This document shows, piece by piece, positions 50,969 through 59,031 of a stretch of 64,000 nt of DNA. Positions within the stretch are counted from its first letter, which is position 1. The number at the start of each line of letters is the position of its first letter. The notes below the pieces were generated by a model. It ran no database searches, was not told where the DNA came from, and saw only the letters and a program-made list of their open reading frames with translations. The stretch covers positions 2,528,001 to 2,592,000 of the forward strand of contig OY760686.1 of assembly GCA_963663865.1 (NCBI GenBank). Direction: 5' to 3'. The DNA comes from Spirochaetota bacterium (GTDB taxonomy: Bacteria > Spirochaetota > UBA4802 > UBA5550). A program made the translations under genes and the position numbers.

Positions 50969-51664
50969 CTATTCAAACGTTTTTTCAACAGCCTTTAATA
51001 TTTCGAGATGTGTATCAGAATCGGTGGGAGAGACTGTATAATAGATTTGATCATCAGGATTAGTTTTTTCACGCAATTCAATCAGAAATGGCTTATCCGA
51101 TATAGAAATTTTATTCTTGATATATTTTTCCGGTATGTCATTATAACTGATCTGAAATCTTACTGACGTTGGAATAAGTGATATACTTGCACCATGACTA
51201 TGTTTCGTTGATATCAGCTCTTCTATTTCTTTTGCTCTAATAATGCCAATAAGCCGGTCAAGTTTTATATCAAGCTTCAAAATACATGTTGTCTCATATG
51301 TAGAAATCAATGGGTCGTATGAACTTTTCTCTTCTCTTTGATCAATAGAAACCAGTAATTTTCTAAACTCATTAAAAAATAAATCTGAAACACTTGAAGG
51401 CGATAGTATATTTATTATTATTTTTCTATCATCAATAGATATCTGGTTAATAATATATGTGTTGCCGTTATATTCAAAAACGCCATTCTGAAATACCAAT
51501 TGAGGGATTTGATTTAAAAATTGCGGAGAAAGAGGAGCCCTGACCAGTGAAAATGTTGAAGTAATTTTTTGAATTGCAGCCTCACTATTTAAGCCGGCCA
51601 GGTATATATCGTCAGAAGGGAAAATCATTACTTTCGTGGTTTTAAGATATTTAACTTCTCTCAT
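50969..51664 (-). CDS. Hypothetical protein, third gene of the hicAB operon
   Basis: 231-aa AT-rich ORF; ATGA overlap with hicB. Confidence 0.75.
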   Translation of the reverse strand: MREVKYLKTTKVMIFPSDDIYLAGLNSEAAIQKITSTFSLVRAPLSPQFLNQIPQLVFQNGVFEYNGNTYIINQISIDDRKIIINILSPSSVSDLFFNEFRKLLVSIDQREEKSSYDPLISTYETTCILKLDIKLDRLIGIIRAKEIEELISTKHSHGASISLIPTSVRFQISYNDIPEKYIKNKISISDKPFLIELREKTNPDDQIYYTVSPTDSDTHLEILKAVEKTFE

Positions 51665-52203
51665 ATAATTAATTGTTCCTCATCTTTCGAATGAAGATAA
51701 GGACAAATTCTATCCCCATTTTTTATCTGTTCCTCCTGACCGCTGAATGAGTTTTCAGTCAAGATATCCATTCTTTTATTAATTTTAGCATTTACAAAGT
51801 TCATTTTCTGAATAATATCATTACAAGTCTGCAATTTGTTTTCTAATTTACTTATAAAGGATGAGATAGAGTCGCAATATATATTGCGTTCGATCAAAGA
51901 AGTAATATACTGGTTAGCCGATACACCTTCATTCAAAGCCATGACAGCAATATTTCTATGTGTTGCCGGGGGAATTCTTAATAAAATATTACCTTTATAC
52001 TCTTTTAGTGTCACAGGCTCAGGTATTGGTTCACCATCTTCTTCCATCCATTTCAATACATCCTCAATAACAAGGTCAAGTTCAGACTCGGCTTCGGTTC
52101 TGGTGACTCCGAACGCGGACAACAAAGGAAACTCCATAGCCCTTGCCACAAAACAATTATCTTCAATAGACCATTCGGTTCTGTAAGTGTAGTGATTTTC
52201 CAT
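51661..52203 (-). CDS. hicB: HicB antitoxin (RNase H-like fold + RHH) with ~75-aa C-terminal extension
   Basis: YTYRTEWS.ED..FVA...EFP.LSAFG.T..EA, GEPIPEP, YKGNILLRIPP..H...A..EGVS.NQY. Confidence 0.9.
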   Translation of the reverse strand: MENHYTYRTEWSIEDNCFVARAMEFPLLSAFGVTRTEAESELDLVIEDVLKWMEEDGEPIPEPVTLKEYKGNILLRIPPATHRNIAVMALNEGVSANQYITSLIERNIYCDSISSFISKLENKLQTCNDIIQKMNFVNAKINKRMDILTENSFSGQEEQIKNGDRICPYLHSKDEEQLII

Positions 52204-52207
52204 TTCT

Positions 52208-52492
52208 TTAATTGTTAACCTGTATATGATTTTTCAATCTCTCTAACACTGTTATAACCTGTCTGACTTGATACGGTTTTGCCATTTTTTTATTCTGATT
52301 ATCACGCTGAATATTTATTCTGGGATCACCCGGCTAGGGCGTTTTAAATATATAATGGCTCGATGCGGAACTTCTATAATTCGGAAAATATCTTTTACAA
52401 ATACTAAACATTTCATCAAATTTAATATTTTTGGGATTTGATGTCAAATAACCAATATCCGCATATATTCTGTTGATGTTTATACCCGTCAA
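52208..52492 (-). pseudogene. hicA: HicA toxin interrupted by an in-frame TAG at a conserved Trp (absent from the ORF track)
   Basis: Manual translation: LTGINI..SNPKNIKFDEMFSICKRYFPNYRSSASSHYIFKTP*PGDPRINIQRDNQNKKMAKPYQVRQVITVLERL..; TAG at 52336-52334 (codon 53). Confidence 0.85.
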
Positions 52493-52512
52493 TGTTACCT
52501 TAACACACTCTA

Positions 52513-52536
52513 AATGATATCATATACGATATCATT
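52513..52536. promoter_or_regulatory. Putative HicB operator
   Basis: AATGATATC-ATATAC-GATATCATT inverted repeat ~20 bp upstream of the hicA start. Confidence 0.6.
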
Positions 52537-52696
52537 CAAGTATTTTTTCCATTATTTTTATGTTTTTTGAATCTTTGATTCCATAAATTATAAACAGAAA
52601 TGATAACGAAGGAGGGCAGTATTTGCTCAAAACTATTTTACTCAGCCGGCCGGCTATTCCGCACAAAAAGCAGACAAAGTCATTGGAGGGCGATCA

Positions 52697-54691
52697 TTAA
52701 AAGTAGTATCCATATCCATAGACGTAATAGTCGTACTCGGGCAGAGCAAATCCTTTAGAATCTCCATCCAGACTGTTGAGGTCGTTTAGCTTCACTCCCA
52801 GGCCGGATATGGTATATATGAGATCGCTGCCGGCTCCGGACATGAACACAGAGCGCCTTACATCAAGGTCCGGGTTCCAGTAACTGTACCAGTCATCATC
52901 CCCGGGAATAAAAAACTCCGAATGATCAATTTTACCGTAAAGACTTATCGAGTCCTCTTCCAGCTCGGGTTGAATTTTGAACAGATACAGTCCGTTGAAA
53001 AACCCGCTGTCGCCGTTTTCCTGGACCGGAACAGCGAGAAGGCCAAGTCTTTCCCAATATTGAAAGGCCTTATGCTGATACATGGCCTCTGACCAGGTCC
53101 AGCCGTCCCCGAAGGTGTACTTGAACTTTTCAACCGGATTGTCCATATCCGTAACGTCAAAGAGAGAAACCTGCATTCCTGCGACCCAGCCTTCCTCAGA
53201 CGCGTTCTGCCCTACGCCCAGAAGATAATTATCGCCGACCGGATGGAGATACGTCGAATAGCCTGGAATCTTGAGCTCTCCCTTCATCTGAGGATTATAC
53301 GGATCGGAAAGATCAAAGGTAAAGAGAGGATCAACCTGAAGGAAGGTCACCATGAAGCCCCTGTCTCCAATGAAGCGGGCGGAGTACATTGTCTCTCCAG
53401 GAGCGATGTCCGTGATGCTTCCGGCAATCTCAAGACTGCCGTCATTATCCTCCAGAATATATATGGAGCTTGAACGTTCGCTCCAGTTATAGGTATTTTC
53501 AGTCACAGCGGCCCTGAAGAATCCCTCGTATTCGCTCATCGAAAACTGATTCAGCATGAAGCCGGGCAGCTCACCGCTTGCCCTGTACTCAGCCGTCTCT
53601 CCAAGCGCAAACTTGTGCACGTAGGTCTTAGGAGTATAGTTTTCGGCCAGATACGCCCACGAGTTTCCCGCTGCAAGGTAGATGTTTTCCCCTGAAGAGT
53701 AAAATTCAGGGTACTCCGACACAACAGAAGTAAGTCCAGGCTCAGCCGTGATATTGGAAGCGTCAAAAGCCATAAGTGTAACGATGTCATCGCCGTTCGC
53801 CGTTTCCGGAATATATGTGCTACCGCATGGACAGGCAGCAGTGTCAAACCCATCTGCCGTCCTTTCATACAGAAACGGCGTATACTGCAGCGCTGCTCTC
53901 TCAGTGTCTGATTTGCTTTCAACACCTGAAAAGGCATCTACCGGGAGCTCAATGCTGATGTCATCGTAGCCGTAGTAGTACGAATAGTACATTCTCTTAA
54001 CGGCAGCGGAATACACCCTCCCGTCAACAAGCCTTGCGGTCAGATACGATCCGTCAAAGTAGAACTCGCGTGCCAGCTGAGGGCTGGTCCTGTCCGTAAT
54101 ATCAAAGACCATGATTTTCGTCATTACATAGCCGGCGCCGGGGAAGTCCCTCTGTGTTTCCTGACTGTCGTAGTTATAGAAATGAGCAAATACATAGGCA
54201 GCATCACCTGAAACGATAAGCTCAAGCGGCTGTTCAGTCATGGAGACTGTGGACAGCAAAGAGAATTCATCGGCAGGCCAGCTTTTGAATATGGTCAGCC
54301 CGGCCCCGTTGAGGACGTACAGATATGTTCCATCGCTTTTAACTATGTCAGCCTCGTCAACAGCAGTCTCCTGGTTATTTGTGCCGGAATACTCCTCAGG
54401 AGAAAGGGAATTCTCAGCGCCGGCATCGTCGTCGTCAGCGGCCATAGCATCGTCTGATGATTGAGCAGAATAATACCTTCCCATATCAATTTGAAGCTTC
54501 GCGACTCTGTCGAAGTAATCTTTCAATTCCGCGCAGTCTGCACTTTTTCTCATGCAGGCGGGACCGTCAATGGTCACTCCCGAACGGTCATCTGAGCAGC
54601 CCGTCTGCAGAAAAAATAAAGGCAGAATTGCTGCGCACAAAGCAGTCGTTGAGAGAGCATATTTAAAAATACAGCAAGTCCTGAGCAGCAT
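52697..54691 (-). CDS. Beta-propeller domain lipoprotein (Beta_propel family)
   Basis: Lipobox QTGC; YSGTNNQ..VDEADIVKSDG, LNQFSMSEY.G.FR, YSARF.GDRGFMVTF.QVDPLF, GELKIPGYS.YLHP. Confidence 0.88.
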   Translation of the reverse strand: MLLRTCCIFKYALSTTALCAAILPLFFLQTGCSDDRSGVTIDGPACMRKSADCAELKDYFDRVAKLQIDMGRYYSAQSSDDAMAADDDDAGAENSLSPEEYSGTNNQETAVDEADIVKSDGTYLYVLNGAGLTIFKSWPADEFSLLSTVSMTEQPLELIVSGDAAYVFAHFYNYDSQETQRDFPGAGYVMTKIMVFDITDRTSPQLAREFYFDGSYLTARLVDGRVYSAAVKRMYYSYYYGYDDISIELPVDAFSGVESKSDTERAALQYTPFLYERTADGFDTAACPCGSTYIPETANGDDIVTLMAFDASNITAEPGLTSVVSEYPEFYSSGENIYLAAGNSWAYLAENYTPKTYVHKFALGETAEYRASGELPGFMLNQFSMSEYEGFFRAAVTENTYNWSERSSSIYILEDNDGSLEIAGSITDIAPGETMYSARFIGDRGFMVTFLQVDPLFTFDLSDPYNPQMKGELKIPGYSTYLHPVGDNYLLGVGQNASEEGWVAGMQVSLFDVTDMDNPVEKFKYTFGDGWTWSEAMYQHKAFQYWERLGLLAVPVQENGDSGFFNGLYLFKIQPELEEDSISLYGKIDHSEFFIPGDDDWYSYWNPDLDVRRSVFMSGAGSDLIYTISGLGVKLNDLNSLDGDSKGFALPEYDYYVYGYGYYF

Positions 54692-54916
54692 GTCGCTACC
54701 TCCGAACGATATATTTCACAGGCCAGCCGCCGCATTTAATGTAATACAGCCGAAAGCAATAATCCAGCATAATAAGCCGGCTATGCGAGGCAGCCTGCGA
54801 AATCTATGAGTGAAAAAACAGAAAATTATGACACTTTTTTTAGACTCATTGAAAAATTATTATACAATATAAAACTATATATATCAAAAAAAGAACCCTC
54901 TCGGGCTTTTTTGTTG

Positions 54917-54945
54917 TTGACGAGCGGCAAAAAAAAGTGCATATT
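54917..54945 (+). promoter_or_regulatory. Putative sigma-70 promoter
   Basis: TTGACG-N17-CATATT upstream of the lipoprotein gene. Confidence 0.4.
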
Positions 54946-55029
54946 TGAACGCGTAAAGAGAGGCACGGCGGTTTATGTCGTTTTATGATTATCACCGGCC
55001 TGAAATCTTTAAACAGACAGGAGAAAACT

Positions 55030-55383
55030 ATGAAAAAAACACTCTTATTTGCGGCGGCTTTCGGTTTAGCAGCTGCGACAATTGCCTGCGATTCAGGAGA
55101 CCAGAAGGCTGACCTCAGATGGAACAACAGATCGGCTCAGACGGTTCAGGACGTTGAGTGGGTCGCGGAGTCAGGAACCGACCAGACATGGGAAGGAACG
55201 TACGCGGACCAGGCGTCAACAGAGTACAAGGGAGTCAATGAGCTGACCGGAACAGGCGAGTGCATAGACTCACTGGGAACTCCCTCTCAGATCGTTCTTG
55301 ACGGCGGAGAAATGGCCGCATCACTCGTTGAAGACGAAGCCAACGACCTCACAATCAACACACTTCAGGCAAAAAAGAAGTAG
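55030..55383 (+). CDS. Small lipoprotein
   Basis: MKK..hydrophobic..TIAC lipobox; AGGAG RBS. Confidence 0.75.
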   Translation: MKKTLLFAAAFGLAAATIACDSGDQKADLRWNNRSAQTVQDVEWVAESGTDQTWEGTYADQASTEYKGVNELTGTGECIDSLGTPSQIVLDGGEMAASLVEDEANDLTINTLQAKKK

Positions 55384-55394
55384 GCTGATCAGAA

Positions 55395-56144
55395 GTGCTG
55401 ACTAAAGGAATATCCGCTGTATTATCAGTTGCGGTTTCTCTTTGGGCGCTCTCTCCGGCTTTTGCCGGCGCGGGCGCCGATGTTCAGCCTGAGCCAAAGT
55501 GGCAGAGGTTAAACGGCAACTGGGCAGTCGTTAACTCAGAGCTTGCCGAGACACGTTCCTGGACCAAGTCCTGGAACTACTACCCCCTTCTTGACTACAA
55601 CTCTGTCGTATCGCTTAATGACCTCGACGGCTACAAGTCTATCGATTTGACGATGGAAATAAAAAAGCCCTCCAGAGACGAAGCTGAAGCGGCAGTTTTC
55701 TTCGCCGTAAAAAGCCCGGAACACAACTGGTTCTACTATTCGTACGCTGTAAGCTTAAAAGGTGACCGGGATGAGCTTGATACGGTTTCAATTCTCAAAA
55801 CATCAATGAAAGACGAAACACTGAAGCCGACCAAAAAAGGAAACGGATTTACAGCGGAAATCGCCGCAGAGAGATGCAGCATCCCCTACGGCAAACCGTT
55901 CGGACTGTCAATACGGATTGAGGACGGCAAGGTAAGCGTATTTACCGGCGGAAAACGCCTTATTCAGAGCTCTCTGCCCGACAAATCAATCGCGGGTAGA
56001 ATTGCCATCGGGGGGAAAAACGCGCCGCTAAGAATCAAGGAGATCAGCGTAAGCGGTTCCAGACCCGTCTTCAGCGACACGTTCGAATCGGACACCATCT
56101 ACGCCCCCAAAGCATCGGGCAGCCTGCGCCGCGGAAACAGATAA
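55395..56144 (+). CDS. Secreted hypothetical protein (possible concanavalin/DUF1080-like beta-sandwich)
   Basis: Signal peptide; W...NGNW.V; LSIRIEDGKVSVF..G; GRIAIG. Confidence 0.55.
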   Translation: MLTKGISAVLSVAVSLWALSPAFAGAGADVQPEPKWQRLNGNWAVVNSELAETRSWTKSWNYYPLLDYNSVVSLNDLDGYKSIDLTMEIKKPSRDEAEAAVFFAVKSPEHNWFYYSYAVSLKGDRDELDTVSILKTSMKDETLKPTKKGNGFTAEIAAERCSIPYGKPFGLSIRIEDGKVSVFTGGKRLIQSSLPDKSIAGRIAIGGKNAPLRIKEISVSGSRPVFSDTFESDTIYAPKASGSLRRGNR

Positions 56145-56153
56145 GATATCTTT

Positions 56154-56720
56154 TCAGCCTATAAGCCTTCTGACATTTTCCGGACTCAGATTGGATATGC
56201 TGTTAAGGCCTGACTCGGGCACGCCTGATATCACCGTCTGAATTCCATCAACCAGCCCGTTTACCTTTTCGGGAGAAGCCAGTTCTGAAGCGGTTATATT
56301 TTCAACCTCAACGAGCATTCTTTTAAGCCTTTCGGTTTCATCCTTGACTTCCATGGCAGCCTGACCATAGGCTTCCTGCAGGCTGGTGCCGGGCTCTCTC
56401 TGATCAAGGTATTCCCTGAGAACGGGCCTTCCTTCGAACCTGACCTCGGCAAGTATCTGCTCACGTGCAGAACCGCCGCGGCCTTCATCGTCCTGAAGCT
56501 GATTTATTCCGTCAAGAACGACCTGATTACGGGAAACTGAGACCTGAATGGCTCTGAGTTCGCTTTCGAGTGAATCAATTCGGGAATTCAGCCTTGTGCT
56601 TATGGAAACAGAATCGGAACGCCCTTTAGTCCCTGTTTTAGGCGAGCCGCTCCCATCAGACTGAAGCTGCCCGCTCATTCTTCTCGCGGAACCGAGCATC
56701 GCATCAATTGTAACTTTCAT
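56154..56720 (-). CDS. Divergent minimal flagellin-like protein (D0/D1 only)
   Basis: [44 protein letters not shown] and [13 protein letters not shown] parallel conserved flagellin motifs. Confidence 0.55.
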   Translation of the reverse strand: [188 protein letters not shown]

Positions 56721-56783
56721 TTTACACCTTCCCTTGTGTCAGATGTAAGGCCCATCTTGAGCCTCTATATATATGTATTATGC

Positions 56784-56812
56784 AGTTTATTACCGCATTA
56801 ATTTTATGTCAA
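56784..56812 (-). promoter_or_regulatory. Sigma-70 promoter of the flagellin-like gene
   Basis: Minus strand TTGACA-N17-TAAACT. Confidence 0.6.
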
Positions 56813-57133
56813 TATAAAAACTGAACACTGAAGAGTAGGAGATGCCGATGAACCACATGAAAACTAAACTCTTTTCTACACATAAAACCGCCTAATCGAA
56901 TGTGTCAAAGCTCAATTTTATAGAACCAACCCGGGCAGAGTCTAATCGTATAAACAGATGCGGTTTTATTTTACATCGGATCGGGCCGCGACCCGCCAAT
57001 ACAGCAGCTCCAATTCATGCACCTACTCCTGAACAGTGTATATTTTTTTCTTGAAAAATCTCATTTGAATAATAAATAGTTATTATACAATGTGTATTAT
57101 TATATTAATCAATTCTAATTGCATGGAGTCAAA

Positions 57134-57772
57134 ATGAAAAACATCTTTTATATTGCTCCTTTTTTTATAAGCATTCTGCTTATGTCTTCCTGCGGAGTTG
57201 GAGGTTCCCTTGTTATCGAAAACGCTGATATAAACAGCTCACTTCAGGAAATTTCTACCCACAAAAACAGCAAGGCTGAGGTTGCAGCCAGGCTCACAGA
57301 AAAAATCGGAAGTATGGAGCTGTACAAAGCTCATGATTACGGGAAAAAATACATTTTAGATCAGGATTTAGGCTATGGGTTCCACTACGTCCTCAAGGGA
57401 GGCAGAAGGGGAGCGGCAAGCATTTATCTTTACAAAAGGTACCCGGACAACATAATTCAAGACGGCATTTCAGACAAACTGATTGATGAGATTCGTACTG
57501 AATTAAATGATTTTTCACACGATAAAAAAACCCGAGAGAACGATTGTACTACCTTCTCTTTTTCAGGAATTTCTTTCTGCAAGGCAGAGGTTCCAACAGC
57601 GCCTGACCGTTATAACGATCAGCACATCTGCACAGTACTAATCACTGGATACAACGGTGTTTATCTAAAAGTCATGTTCTTTTTCCCATCAGATGCAGAT
57701 TACTCCGGCCAAGAAATTAAGCTATTTATGAACAGCCTCATTGCTAAGCTTTCGAACAAAGGAAAAGAATGA
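57134..57772 (+). CDS. Hypothetical lipoprotein (AT-rich)
   Basis: Lipobox MSSC; GGAG RBS. Confidence 0.65.
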   Translation: MKNIFYIAPFFISILLMSSCGVGGSLVIENADINSSLQEISTHKNSKAEVAARLTEKIGSMELYKAHDYGKKYILDQDLGYGFHYVLKGGRRGAASIYLYKRYPDNIIQDGISDKLIDEIRTELNDFSHDKKTRENDCTTFSFSGISFCKAEVPTAPDRYNDQHICTVLITGYNGVYLKVMFFFPSDADYSGQEIKLFMNSLIAKLSNKGKE

Positions 57773-57813
57773 CACCATGCTGGCAGGATGAAATGAGCAA
57801 CTATACCATCATG

Positions 57814-59031
57814 CTATTGCAGCTGCACGTCAAGACGGGCAGCTCCCTCTTCCGGAACATCGGCGGGAATTATTTGAGTTTCGTAACCGTCCGCCTCGAA
57901 GTACATATTTAAGCTGTCGCCCGGAACAGCGATTTTGCGGTAGTAGCCGTTCGCGTCTGTCGATGTGACAATATCGCCGGCATAGACTGAAACACCGGCC
58001 GCCGGCGAACCGTCGGGCAGCTTAACCAGGCCCTCAACGCCGCTGCCCGCGAATTCAATAAACTGAAGCATTGATTCGTAGTTATACTGAAACACCTGCT
58101 CGGCCCCTTCTGTGCTGGTCGGGCTTATCCTGGCCACCTCAACAGTAATATCAAGACATCCCTGGGCTTTGTAGCTCCAGTCCTGAAGCGAGCCTGTAAT
58201 TCTATACCAGTCGCCCCCATTGATGACGCTGTTACTAACATACTCTACTCCATCATCATAAACAGACAGTGTACCCGGCGTCTGATTAAAACCCGCAGAC
58301 GCGTAGAGGTTTCCGGCATACTCGGCGAGGTCATATTCTGCCGGCACCATATATGGAAAGTACCTTGTCGCTGATCCGTAATCAAAAGGCAGGTTTACAA
58401 CTACCGCGCCCGAATGATAGGTCGCCGACAGATGGAACATGCCGTCCCATGAATACTCAGCAAAATACCTTGACTCGTTCTCGGAAAGCGGAGAATTCCC
58501 TGACCTGTACTCCACCCAGCTCCACTCAACGCTGAAGTTTCTATTGAGGTCAACCCCCCTGCCGTTGTAGCGCGTCCTCGACATAAAGCCGTCCGGGTTA
58601 AGCTGGGGGATAATGACTATCCGCCTTGAGTCCACGAGTTCTTTTATGCGGGAATCTTCTGTGTATGTTTCAGTTAGCTCGCTTATCAGCCTCGTCAGAA
58701 TAAACTCTGAGATGTACTCATCGCCGTGAATCTCGCCGGTCAACCTTACACGGGGGACCTGCTGAAGCTTATTTCCCGGATCGGCAGATATTACAAAGGC
58801 GTAAAGCGGATATCCCCCGGTGCTTTCACCGAAAGTCTCGATTGCAGTAATTTCCGGATACCTGTCATGAGTCTCTTTGAGAAAAGCCGCAATAGACTCC
58901 GGGTCCTTGTATATGCTCAGCAGCGTTTCATCGTCAATATGCGGCTGAGTTTCCTCACGGCCTTTATTGACTGAACATGCAGAAGCTGCGATCATCAGAA
59001 TAAGAACTATAAAAGGATAAAGCCTTTTCAT
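57814..59031 (-). CDS. M14 zinc carboxypeptidase lipoprotein (N/E-subfamily-like) with C-terminal CarboxypepD_reg-like domain
   Basis: Lipobox ASAC; IHGDE, LNPDG, RYNGRGVDLNRNF, YHSGA, NGGDWY.ITGSLQDWSY, ITVE. Confidence 0.88.
   Translation of the reverse strand: MKRLYPFIVLILMIAASACSVNKGREETQPHIDDETLLSIYKDPESIAAFLKETHDRYPEITAIETFGESTGGYPLYAFVISADPGNKLQQVPRVRLTGEIHGDEYISEFILTRLISELTETYTEDSRIKELVDSRRIVIIPQLNPDGFMSRTRYNGRGVDLNRNFSVEWSWVEYRSGNSPLSENESRYFAEYSWDGMFHLSATYHSGAVVVNLPFDYGSATRYFPYMVPAEYDLAEYAGNLYASAGFNQTPGTLSVYDDGVEYVSNSVINGGDWYRITGSLQDWSYKAQGCLDITVEVARISPTSTEGAEQVFQYNYESMLQFIEFAGSGVEGLVKLPDGSPAAGVSVYAGDIVTSTDANGYYRKIAVPGDSLNMYFEADGYETQIIPADVPEEGAARLDVQLQ

Noticed and set aside
52334-52336. 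Pyrrolysine or alternative genetic code explanation for the hicA amber codon
   Set aside because: TAG ends several normal genes here (e.g. 13192, 25867, 31780, 41771), the expected residue is Trp (one transition away), and no pyl genes are in the window
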